From an uncultured Acidobacteriota bacterium (lineage in GTDB: Bacteria > Acidobacteriota > Terriglobia > Acidiferrales > UBA7541): 64,000 nucleotides of DNA. The notes under the pieces are model-generated. The model was not told the origin of the DNA and searched no databases. It worked only from the letters and a program-made list of their open reading frames with translations. The position numbers and the translations under genes are program-made. The stretch is taken from contig CAVSOB010000010.1 in assembly GCA_963729525.1 (NCBI GenBank), positions 162,860 to 226,859 on the forward strand, given 5' to 3'. Shown in pieces: positions 30,647 through 40,161 of this stretch (position 1 is its first letter; every line of letters starts with the position of its first letter).

Positions 30647-31930
30647 TTAGGCGGACGACGCGAGTTCGCGCATCGCCACCAGCAGGCGGTCTACTTCTTC
30701 GGCGGTGTTGTAGTGCACCAGGCCGATGCGAAGCAGGCCGCCTGTTTTCTCTACGCCAAGACGTTCGGTAAGATTTAAAGCGTAGTAGTTGCCGTCCCAC
30801 GTAAAGATCCCACGATCCCCGAGAAATTTCGCGCAGGCTAGCGGCGTTAGATCTTTCACGCGTACGGCCACCGTCGGGCATCGCTCGTCGAATCGCGCGA
30901 GATCTGAAATTCCGTAAAATCGCACGCCGGGAATTTCGAGCAAGCCCGCAACCATGCGAGTCGCGAGTGCCATTTCATGCTGGCGGATCGCTCGATACGC
31001 GCTAACGAGAGCCGAGCGGCGATCTTCCAGCGTCGCCGGATCTGCATGCCGGCCTAAATCCGCAAGGTAATCAATCGCAGCGGCCACGCCTGCCAATCCC
31101 TCGTGAATTTGCGTGCCGGTTTCCCAGCGGTCGGGCAAATAGGCCGGAGCGGGGCGAACCTTGTACGGTTGGAATCGCAGGAGGAGCTCACGCTTCCCGT
31201 AAATGCTGCCCGTGTGCGGCCCAAAAAATTTATACGGCGAGCAGGCCAGAAAATCGCAATCTAGCGCGCGAACGTCAATCAAGCCATGCGGCGCGTAGTG
31301 AACGGCGTCAATAAACGCGAGCGCGCCAGCTTCATGAGCGAGGCGAACAATTTCGACCACCGGATTGATGGTGCCGACGGCGTTCGAGGCGTATCCAGCG
31401 GCCACGAGTTTCGTGCGCCTCGTGATTTTTCGGCGCAGGTCATCCATGTCGAGCGTGCAATCGGAATCGCGTATGTCCACCTGGCGTATCACGATGCCGA
31501 TGTCTTCAAGAGCACGCCACGGAGCCACGTTGCCGTCATGGTCCAGCGTGGTAACCACGATCTCGTCGCCTGGTCTTAAGTCGCGGCCAATTCCGCGCGC
31601 GAGAGCAAAAGTAAGCGTCGTCATGTTGGGGCCGAAAAACACTTCGTCGGACGTGCAATGGAAAAGATCCGCCATAGCTCCGCGCGCGGCTGCGATCACC
31701 TCGTCCGTTCGGCGGCTCGTCAGGAACTGGCCCACGTTGTTCGCGTTCGAGGTCTCAAAGTATTTGCGAAAAGCGTCGATCACGCGCTGCGGCACCTGAG
31801 TGCCCGCAGGAGCATCAAGAAATGCGGCGGGATGGCCGCCTACTGTGAGCTTCAACGACGGAAATTGCGCTCGCACCCAGTTGGTGTCGAGCGGGGCGGG
31901 CGGCGCCTGTTGTGCTTTCGATGCGTTCAT
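30647..31930 (-). CDS. Class V aminotransferase-fold PLP enzyme (cysteine desulfurase-like)
   Basis: Motifs FIDAVHYAPH and CSPYKFFGPHTG (PLP lysine); 427 aa. Confidence 0.8.
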   Translation of the reverse strand: MNASKAQQAPPAPLDTNWVRAQFPSLKLTVGGHPAAFLDAPAGTQVPQRVIDAFRKYFETSNANNVGQFLTSRRTDEVIAAARGAMADLFHCTSDEVFFGPNMTTLTFALARGIGRDLRPGDEIVVTTLDHDGNVAPWRALEDIGIVIRQVDIRDSDCTLDMDDLRRKITRRTKLVAAGYASNAVGTINPVVEIVRLAHEAGALAFIDAVHYAPHGLIDVRALDCDFLACSPYKFFGPHTGSIYGKRELLLRFQPYKVRPAPAYLPDRWETGTQIHEGLAGVAAAIDYLADLGRHADPATLEDRRSALVSAYRAIRQHEMALATRMVAGLLEIPGVRFYGISDLARFDERCPTVAVRVKDLTPLACAKFLGDRGIFTWDGNYYALNLTERLGVEKTGGLLRIGLVHYNTAEEVDRLLVAMRELASSA

Positions 31931-31945
31931 TTAGGCGCTCGTAGT

Positions 31946-32962
31946 TTACGACGGGTTCGCCACAGCGCGAATGAAATCGCCCAGCAGCCCATAGGCCGTG
32001 GCGATCACGGTGGCTTTGTGTTCGATGATCGAAAGACCGAAAACATCCATGTCGAAACGCACGGCCGAAGTAGTGCCGTCGAGTAGCGCAAGCGGATCGG
32101 TGAGGGGCAGTTGCTCGGGTTTGACGCTGGCGCGGACGCCGCTCGCAGTGCGTTCTGCCCGGCAAATCAATTTATAACGCATTCCGGAATCGCGCGCGCC
32201 GCGCACTTCTTCTGGCGAGAGATTGCGGATGCCGGTGCGGTCAATCTGGTCGAGCTTGATATCTACGCCCATCAGCACGATGATGAGCGCCGCCACTTTG
32301 ACGGTGGCGTCCCAGCCGTCGAGATCGTCGGAAGGATCGGTTTCCGCGACGCCAATTTCCTGAGCCTTTTTCACCGCCTGGTCGAGCGTCAGTCCCTTCT
32401 CCATTTCTGTGAGAACCACGTTGGTGGTCGCGTTCAACACGCCCCGAAACCCGCGCAGATCGACTGCAGGCAGCGAATACGGAAACATCGAGAAAATAGG
32501 CGTGCCATCCATCACCGTGGATTCAAAAAGAAATTTGCGGCCTTTGGCTTTTGCCAGATCGCGAAGCTCTCGATAGGCGTGGACGATCGGGCCTTTGTTG
32601 GCGCTGATCGCATGCGCGCCGGATTCGAGGGCTGCTTTCAAATGGTCGGTCGCGGGCTGGCCGCTACGCCAATCGAGCGACGATGCCTCAAAGAAAACCT
32701 GCGGATCGGCAGTCGCAAGCCACTGGTGAAGGCTCTGAGGCGTTTTCCAAGCAGGAAACGCAGGAAATTGATGTGAGAGCAGCGCCTCGGGATCGAGAGC
32801 GTTGCAATCGGCGATCCACCCGATCCGCCGCGACGCAATTCCCGTTATGCGCCAGTCGATTTCGTATTTGTCGCGAAGCTCGGCACGTTTCGCAAGAAGC
32901 AGGCGCACGAATTCCCTGCCCACATTTCCGAACCCCATCATTGCCAGATTGAATGTGCGAAT
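31946..32962 (-). CDS. hom: Homoserine dehydrogenase; start codon uncertain, possibly ATT at 32962
   Basis: Contains MMGFGNVGREF (GxGxxG) and a C-terminal catalytic region. The first ATG (32941) would delete Rossmann strand beta1 (IRTFNLAMMG). An in-frame ATT at 32962-32960 lies 6 nt after GAAGGAG. Confidence 0.8.
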   Translation of the reverse strand: MRTFNLAMMGFGNVGREFVRLLLAKRAELRDKYEIDWRITGIASRRIGWIADCNALDPEALLSHQFPAFPAWKTPQSLHQWLATADPQVFFEASSLDWRSGQPATDHLKAALESGAHAISANKGPIVHAYRELRDLAKAKGRKFLFESTVMDGTPIFSMFPYSLPAVDLRGFRGVLNATTNVVLTEMEKGLTLDQAVKKAQEIGVAETDPSDDLDGWDATVKVAALIIVLMGVDIKLDQIDRTGIRNLSPEEVRGARDSGMRYKLICRAERTASGVRASVKPEQLPLTDPLALLDGTTSAVRFDMDVFGLSIIEHKATVIATAYGLLGDFIRAVANPS

Positions 32963-32984
32963 GGCCGGCTCCTTCGCCGCGTGT

Positions 32985-34304
<1,320 letters not shown>

Positions 34305-34333
34305 TCAGCGTCCCCAACGCGGCGCGCCGAATC

Positions 34334-34864
34334 CTATGCTTTTGTGCCTTGGCGATTCAAGTGCTGCAAGAGTTTTCTGCCGCGAGCGCGCATCGCTGGC
34401 GTTCCCACTTCGGCGAGTTCCCGCAGCAGGGGGAGTACCTTCCCCCGAAGTTGCGGGTCCGTGCTCGCCAGCGTCGCGAGTCCCTGCATTGCGAAAGTTT
34501 TGACAATGCTGCTGCGATCGCGCAAGTAGTCAAAGAGAATATTTACGGCCACCGCGCGCTCTTTTGAAGTCAGCTTTAGCCGCGGAATCATAAGCGCCGC
34601 ATGCCACCGCACCTCCTGCTGATCGCTGCCGCCGGCGATCGTGAAAAGATTCTTCTTGTGCGGCTGGAGAAGGTCCGGCCGTCGCGCGGTCACTTTTTCG
34701 GCCACGTCTGCAGCACGCATCCGCACAATCGCATCGCCGCTCGCCATTCCCTCAAACAAATAACGAAAAAGCGACGGCCGGTGCAGTATCTCTTCAACGA
34801 TCTCGTTCGAGCGCCCGATCGAGCGACGATCTCCCCAGGAAAGTTTCTTCAGGATGGTATTCAT
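34334..34864 (-). CDS. Hypothetical helical-repeat (HEAT/ARM-like) protein
   Basis: 176-aa product from the ATG at 34864, with alpha-helical repeat character (VRMRAADVAEKV, VRWHAALMI, IVKTFAMQGL). It sits between glgC and eno on the same strand. Confidence 0.55.
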   Translation of the reverse strand: MNTILKKLSWGDRRSIGRSNEIVEEILHRPSLFRYLFEGMASGDAIVRMRAADVAEKVTARRPDLLQPHKKNLFTIAGGSDQQEVRWHAALMIPRLKLTSKERAVAVNILFDYLRDRSSIVKTFAMQGLATLASTDPQLRGKVLPLLRELAEVGTPAMRARGRKLLQHLNRQGTKA

Positions 34865-34913
34865 GAAAAGAGAGATGGTTGCCGGAAAATTAGCAGAATC
34901 CGTCGCGCGCCAG

Positions 34914-36146
34914 CTACTCCGGCTCTTCCAGCATCGATTCAGGACGGACCACCACCACAACGCCATTTTCGCTTACAGAATAGCGAGCGCGATCGGCCTC
35001 AAGGTCATAGCCGATCACCGTGCCCTCAGGAATGCTCACGTGCCGGTCTATGATCGCGCGCCGAATGCGTGAGCTGCGTCCCACATTCACGTGGTTGAAA
35101 ATGATCGAATCTTCCACTTCGCTATAGCTGTTCACGCGCACGTCATAGCCCAAAATGCACCGCTCCACTCGCCCTCCGGAAATAATCGATCCGCCGCAGA
35201 CCATCGAATCCACCGCTGTCCCCATGCGCTCCGGATCGGCAAACACGAATTTCGCCGGCGGATACTGCTGCTGCCAGGTATGCAGCGGCCAGCTCTTGTC
35301 GTAAAGATTGAAAACCGGCGACACCGACACGAGGTCCATGTTCGCCTCATGGTACGCGTCGATCGTTCCCACGTCCCGCCAGTAAGATGTTTCTTTTTTG
35401 TTCTCGTCCTGAAAGTTATATGCGAAAACGTGGTACTTGCTGATGATGCGCGGAATCACGTCCTTGCCGAAATCGTGCGACGAGGTGGGATCCTCCGCAT
35501 CTGCGATCAACATCGGCACGAGCAGCTGCGTATTAAAAAGATACACGCCCATCGAAGCGTTCACTTTGCCCGGATGAACCGCCGAAGCCTTCGGGTGCGC
35601 AGGCTTTTCTTCGAACCCAACGATGCGCCAGTTCTTGTCCGTTTCGATCACGCCAAACCGTTTCGCCGCCTCCGCAATATCCATTTCGATCGTGGCCACC
35701 GTTACGTCCGCGCCGGCCTCAACATGCTGGTCGAGCATCTTCTGATAATTCATTTTGTAAATGTGATCGCCCGACAAAATGAAGACGTAGTTCGACTGCT
35801 CGCTGCCGATCGAGTAGATGTTCTGATAAACGGCGTCCGCTGTGCCGAGATACCAGTGCTGCGAGACGCGCATTTGCGGTGGCAGGACTTCGATGAATTC
35901 GCCAAGCCCCATCAGCACAGACCATCCGCGGCGTACGTGCCGATTCAAGCTCAAAGCTTTGTACTGCGTGAGCACGAATACTCTGCGGAGCTCGCTATTT
36001 AGGCAATTCGAAAGCGTTATATCGATGATGCGGTACACGCCGCCGAACGGAACCGCCGGTTTGGCGCGATCTCGGGTAAGTGGCCAAAGCCGTTCGCCCT
36101 GCCCGCCCGCCAGCAGGACGCCGAGCACGTTGCGCATCGCAGGCAT
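34914..36146 (-). CDS. glgC: Glucose-1-phosphate adenylyltransferase
   Basis: Motifs VLGVLLAGGQGERLWPLTRDRAKPAVPFGG and WYLGTADAV, plus C-terminal left-handed beta-helix repeats. The ATG at 36146 has a GAGGA RBS 7 nt upstream; an alternative ATG lies at 36182. Confidence 0.9.
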   Translation of the reverse strand: MPAMRNVLGVLLAGGQGERLWPLTRDRAKPAVPFGGVYRIIDITLSNCLNSELRRVFVLTQYKALSLNRHVRRGWSVLMGLGEFIEVLPPQMRVSQHWYLGTADAVYQNIYSIGSEQSNYVFILSGDHIYKMNYQKMLDQHVEAGADVTVATIEMDIAEAAKRFGVIETDKNWRIVGFEEKPAHPKASAVHPGKVNASMGVYLFNTQLLVPMLIADAEDPTSSHDFGKDVIPRIISKYHVFAYNFQDENKKETSYWRDVGTIDAYHEANMDLVSVSPVFNLYDKSWPLHTWQQQYPPAKFVFADPERMGTAVDSMVCGGSIISGGRVERCILGYDVRVNSYSEVEDSIIFNHVNVGRSSRIRRAIIDRHVSIPEGTVIGYDLEADRARYSVSENGVVVVVRPESMLEEPE

Positions 36147-36330
36147 CGAGAAATCCTCGAACAAATTCAGCCGCAGATTCATTCTACAGCAAGAATTTTT
36201 CACCGCATGGAAATCTCGCCTCACTGCGTCGCAATCGCCGCACAACCAAGGTTCGCAACCTATGCAATTGCGATAACCATTTACGGTCTGGTTACATAAC
36301 GGCCGCTCCCGCGCCTTATACAATTTAAAC

Positions 36331-36359
36331 CTTGACTTGCGCGGTAGCCTTGGATAGAA
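36331..36359 (+). promoter_or_regulatory. Candidate promoter for rpsU
   Basis: TTGACT (36331-36336), 17 nt, then TAGAAG. The -10 element is weak. Confidence 0.3.
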
Positions 36360-36453
36360 GTTGCTGATTGCCGGCTCCCCTAGGAACCGGTTACACTGGT
36401 GTGAATCCAGCAAGACAAACTCAAACATCCATTAGGGACGGGGGTGAATACGC

Positions 36454-36651
36454 GTGGCAGAAGTTGTCATTCAAGAGGGCGAATCTTTGGAGAATGCTCT
36501 CCGCCGCTTCAAGAGAAAGGTGCAGTCGGAAGACATCATCAAAGAGATCAAAAAGCACAGCTACTACATGAAGCCGGGGGAGAAGCGTCGCGCCAAGGAA
36601 GCACTCTCGCGTAAGCGTCTCCGCAAGAAGCAACGTCGTGAGCAGGATTAG
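36454..36651 (+). CDS. rpsU: 30S ribosomal protein S21
   Basis: MAEVVIQEGESLENALRRFKRKVQSEDIIKEIKKHSYYMKPGEKRR...; GTG start with a GGGGGTG RBS. Confidence 0.95.
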   Translation: MAEVVIQEGESLENALRRFKRKVQSEDIIKEIKKHSYYMKPGEKRRAKEALSRKRLRKKQRREQD

Positions 36652-36789
36652 GCGAACATCAATTGGGCCCATTTAAGCAGTTCGTGCCGGACGGAAAGCG
36701 GGAATCGTCGCGTTCGCGATTGTTCCTTGCCCAACGTCCGGCGTGAGTTGCTCGCTGCCAGTCCTCTCCCAGCACGGTGGAGCAGCGCA

Positions 36790-37110
36790 ATGGAATACCA
36801 CGATAAGGTCCTGAAGTGCGCGGAATGCAACGCCGAGTTCGTTTTCACGGCCGGCGAACAGATGTTTTTCTCCGACAAGGGCTTCAAAAACGAGCCCAAG
36901 CGGTGCAAAACCTGCAAAGCAAACCGGGCGCAGGGCAACGGCTCAAGTTCGACGAATGTTCAGCGCGTCGAAACCAAAACCGTTTGCTCGCAGTGCGGTA
37001 AAGAAACGACAGTTCCTTTCAAGCCCACCCAGGGACGTCCCGTCTACTGCCGCGAATGCTTCCAGCAGCGGCGTGCGATGGGCGCATCTCAGGCGGGCGC
37101 CACGGCCTAG
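36790..37110 (+). CDS. Double CxxC...CxxC zinc-ribbon protein
   Basis: From the ATG at 36790: CAECNAEFVFTAGEQMFFSDKGFKNEPKRCKTC and CSQCGKETTVPFKPTQGRPVYCRECF, two CxxC-x17/18-CxxC units. Confidence 0.75.
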   Translation: MEYHDKVLKCAECNAEFVFTAGEQMFFSDKGFKNEPKRCKTCKANRAQGNGSSSTNVQRVETKTVCSQCGKETTVPFKPTQGRPVYCRECFQQRRAMGASQAGATA

Positions 37111-37261
37111 CAGTCGAAGCAGCGGGAACTGGGGCGAACCAGGCTGTAACCCTGCGGGGGCGGGGCGGGCCGAGTAGGGACTCGGGGCGTCCGGGGTTCT
37201 CTCTCCAAATTAACCGCAATCACACGCACAAAATCGCAAACCCAACCGAAATGCAGGGTAG

Positions 37262-37287
37262 CCACGACGACGTCTTTTTCGTCGTGG
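37262..37287. terminator. 9-bp-stem hairpin between convergent genes
   Basis: CCACGACGA-cgtctttt-TCGTCGTGG, followed by ggcTTTcaTTTc on the plus strand. Confidence 0.4.
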
Positions 37288-37366
37288 GGCTTTCATTTCG
37301 GCCTTCCCCGTAAGGGCGTTTTGAGCGTTCACTCCTCGCTGGCCTCAGCATCGCGCACCACCAGTT

Positions 37367-37393
37367 GTCATCCCGAGCAAAGCGAGGAATCTC
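37367..37393 (+). repeat. Dispersed intergenic repeat, copy 6
   Basis: gtcatcccgagcaaagcgaggaatctc, between the convergent 3' ends of the zinc-ribbon and DinB genes. Confidence 0.75.
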
Positions 37394-37473
37394 AGCTCAG
37401 CGTCTATTTTACTCGCGCCGCCATCATCAGGCAGTCCTTCGAGGACCACCCCGCACCGCCTTCCGAACGCCCG

Positions 37474-38046
37474 TCACCGAACCTTCAGCGGATATTGCTT
37501 CGTCACCGGCGGCACGATGCCGTTCAATCGCAGATACACCACCAGCTGGCCAAAATGATCCGTGATATGCCACAGCGCGGCCATCGCCATGCCGAGTTTC
37601 GTGTTCGGCCCTGCGTAAGGTCCCTCCACGCGGTCGAGCACGTTCTGCGGCGTAATCGTGGCGAGCACCTTGTCGCCATACGCGAACGAATCGCGCAGGT
37701 ATTGCAGCAGTTCATCCTTCGTCTTGGCCTTTGACGGTCCGCCCTTCTCGCAATGCTCTGGCGGAGTCCTCCCCTCAATCTCATTGAAAAATGCAAACTG
37801 CGCGCATGCCACGTGTTTCACCTGCTCCCCAAACGACCGCACTCCCTCAAAATTTCCCTGACTAGGAATAAACGAATACTTCTCCTCAGGCATCGCTTCC
37901 ACCACGCCAAGAAATCCCCTCTCCGCCCAGCCCAGTGAGAAGCCAACGCTCTCCGATATGCTCTTCGGAATTTCATCCTTCTGCGCATGGGCGGCCGGAA
38001 CCAAAAGAATCACCACAGCGAAAGTAAAAAGAGCAACGAACTTCAT
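37474..38046 (-). CDS. DinB-family protein, secreted
   Basis: Signal peptide MKFVALFTFAVVILLVPAAHAQ and a DinB-like C-terminal block, WHITDHFGQLVVYLRLNGIVPP. Confidence 0.75.
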   Translation of the reverse strand: MKFVALFTFAVVILLVPAAHAQKDEIPKSISESVGFSLGWAERGFLGVVEAMPEEKYSFIPSQGNFEGVRSFGEQVKHVACAQFAFFNEIEGRTPPEHCEKGGPSKAKTKDELLQYLRDSFAYGDKVLATITPQNVLDRVEGPYAGPNTKLGMAMAALWHITDHFGQLVVYLRLNGIVPPVTKQYPLKVR

Positions 38047-38179
38047 GGCATCCTCCCATTACGCGAATTTCGAATTTTGATCCCTTGCTCGCTCATCGTA
38101 TGCCCTCCCTGGCCCACATACAACGGGGCGCAGCAGTGCGGTACACTCTGGCCCTCAACCCGGTCTCAGAGGTGATGCG

Positions 38180-39220
38180 ATGACCCGACTTCTGTTTGCG
38201 CTGATGGTTCTACAAGGCCTCGCAGCCACGATTGCAGGGCAGGACACGCCCGGCACTTCCACCATGTTCGATGCCGGCCGCGCGTTTCTTGCGACGCTGA
38301 ATCCGGCGCAGAAGTCAAAAGCCGTCTTCCCATTCAATTCCGATGAGAGATTTCGCTGGTTTTACACCCCGGTACCCAGGAAGGGCATTCCCCTCAAAGA
38401 ATTGAACGCGACGCAGCAGAAGGCGGCAATGGCTCTGCTGCGTGCCGGCCTCAGCGAGCAAGGCTACACGAAGGCGGAAACGATCCGAAAGCTTGAAGAC
38501 GTGCTGCGCGAACTGGAACAGGGCAATGGTCCGACCCGCGATCCTGACCTGTACTTCTTTACCTTTTTCGGAGAGCCCTCCGACACCGGCGCCTGGGGCT
38601 GGCGCTACGAAGGGCATCACTGTTCGCAGAACTGGACGATCCTCAATGGCAAGTCGATCGGCAGCAGCCCGCAGTTTTTTGGCGCGAATCCCGCCGAGGT
38701 GCGCGAAGGGCCCATGAAAGGGACGCGCGTACTCAAAGCCGAGGAGGATCTGGGTCGCTCGCTGGCGAAATCTTTCACCGCCGAGCAACGCGCAGAAGCG
38801 TTCCTGAGTTCTTCCGCGCCGAACGATATTGTCACCTCAAACCAACGCAACGCCGCCATCCGGGAAGACAAAGGCATCGCCTACAGCAAGCTCAGCAAAG
38901 ATCAGCAGGGCGCACTCCTGGCCCTGATCGAGGAATACCTGGGGGCGCAACCCCACGCGCAGGCACGCGAGCGGCTCGAGAAAATCCGCCAGGCGGGCTT
39001 CGACCACATCAAATTCGCTTGGATGGGCGGCTTGGAGAAAGGCGAAGGCCACTATTACCGCGTGCAAGGCAGCACTTTTTTGATCGAGTACGACAACACC
39101 CAGGACAACGCCAATCACATTCACTGCGTCTGGCGCGACTTCAATGGCGACTGGGGCCAAGACCTGCTAGCAGAACACTACCGGAATTCAACACATCATC
39201 AGCACGCCTTTCACGAATAG
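38180..39220 (+). CDS. DUF3500-domain protein, secreted
   Basis: Motifs WGWRYEGHHCSQNWTI and HYYRVQGSTFLIEYDNTQDNANHIHCVWRD are DUF3500-like by memory. Confidence 0.75.
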   Translation: MTRLLFALMVLQGLAATIAGQDTPGTSTMFDAGRAFLATLNPAQKSKAVFPFNSDERFRWFYTPVPRKGIPLKELNATQQKAAMALLRAGLSEQGYTKAETIRKLEDVLRELEQGNGPTRDPDLYFFTFFGEPSDTGAWGWRYEGHHCSQNWTILNGKSIGSSPQFFGANPAEVREGPMKGTRVLKAEEDLGRSLAKSFTAEQRAEAFLSSSAPNDIVTSNQRNAAIREDKGIAYSKLSKDQQGALLALIEEYLGAQPHAQARERLEKIRQAGFDHIKFAWMGGLEKGEGHYYRVQGSTFLIEYDNTQDNANHIHCVWRDFNGDWGQDLLAEHYRNSTHHQHAFHE

Positions 39221-39396
39221 GTATCGATAATCCCTTTCCCTGACAACCGAGCGCATTGACGCGTTTATCGAACGCTCGCCAGGGATAACACGCAGAATTA
39301 ATACGTTCAAATCACAAGGCAGGGAGAAGAAAGGAGAGAGGCGCTCGGTAACCTCACAAGCGCCTCCTCTACTGCGTCAACGTAAACCGTACCTCA

Positions 39397-39411
39397 CTGG
39401 ATCACCTCCTT
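39397..39411 (+). other. Exact 15-nt copy of the 16S rRNA 3' terminus (CTGGATCACCTCCTT); equivalently a perfect extended SD on the minus strand
   Basis: Read directly from the sequence. The upstream 25 nt (gtcaacgtaaaccgtacctca) loosely resemble the region before 16S helix 45. No other rRNA-like sequence is nearby. Confidence 0.7.
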
Positions 39412-39633
39412 CTCGGCAGGAACGCCGATGTCGACAAGAATGTCGAATGATCTGAGTATAACCCGGGGTCGGAGAGATGTCGGAAAGTAATTCTTAAGGC
39501 TTGCGTTTAACGCGCGAAAGCCAGTTACCGATAAATCGCTGGATCTGAGAAACCAACTCGCAGGGCACTCGGATGGCGCGAAGGGCGGTTCTCTTTCCGT
39601 CTCGCAGACCGCCTTTTGGCAACATTTAGTTAC

Positions 39634-39662
39634 TTGACAACTAGTTACCAGTATATTATCAT
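39634..39662 (+). promoter_or_regulatory. Near-consensus sigma70-type promoter in an ORF-free region
   Basis: TTGACA (39634-39639), 17 nt, then TATCAT (39657-39662). The -35 is flanked by direct TAGTTAC repeats at 39627-39633 and 39642-39648. Confidence 0.5.
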
Positions 39663-39668
39663 GAGTCG

Positions 39669-39857
39669 TGATTGTTATTCAAAACTCGGCCCGTCGCGCG
39701 CAGTTGGACGGAGGTCGCTCCTCGCGCCTCCTAACCCCCCGATTTGCACAGCTCGATGCCAAATTTCTAATCGCGAATCTGGAATTAGAGATCCGCGCAA
39801 CTCCCACAAGACAAACGAGGCCCTTGAAGTCTAATCGCAAATATTTTGCGGTTTTTT
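39669..39857 (+). ncRNA. Candidate ~190-nt small RNA (promoter- and terminator-delimited)
   Basis: It starts about 7 nt after the -10 and ends at an intrinsic terminator. It contains the hairpin GGAGGuCGC-UCCUC-GCGCCUCC (39710-39731) followed by a C6 run. No credible ORF or RBS is present. Confidence 0.35.
39833..39857 (+). terminator. Rho-independent terminator
   Basis: AATCGCAAA-tat-TTTGCGGTT, 9 bp including one G.U, running into a T6 tract (39852-39857). Confidence 0.5.
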
Positions 39858-40161
39858 CCCCTGACGTACGAAGGATTCATCCCGCTCCGATGCCCTGCCC
39901 CGCTACCGGTTCTCGGACTGCCCGCCCTCTCTGCTCTAATAGCAACAGTCGAATTACAGAAAAAGAGTTAAGTCGCAGAAAAGAAAGAAGAAAGCAAAAT
40001 TCTAATAGCAACAAAATCGCGGTTTCCGGCAACTACGCCACGCAGGCTTTTTCCCTACACAGATCCGCAGCGGCGCATCGACGTCAGATGATTTCGGCCA
40101 GCGCGCCATTATCCTCGGCGCCCAACCTCGCTATAATAGACTTCCCTATGCGAGGACGTTC

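Noticed and set aside
35091-36002. 303-aa plus-strand ORF
   Set aside because: Antisense shadow of glgC.
39340-39411. Possible truncated 16S rRNA gene
   Set aside because: Only the last ~15 nt are exact and ~25 more are loosely similar. Nothing upstream resembles 16S, and no ITS, tRNA or 23S follows. It is reported as an anomaly, not as an rRNA feature.
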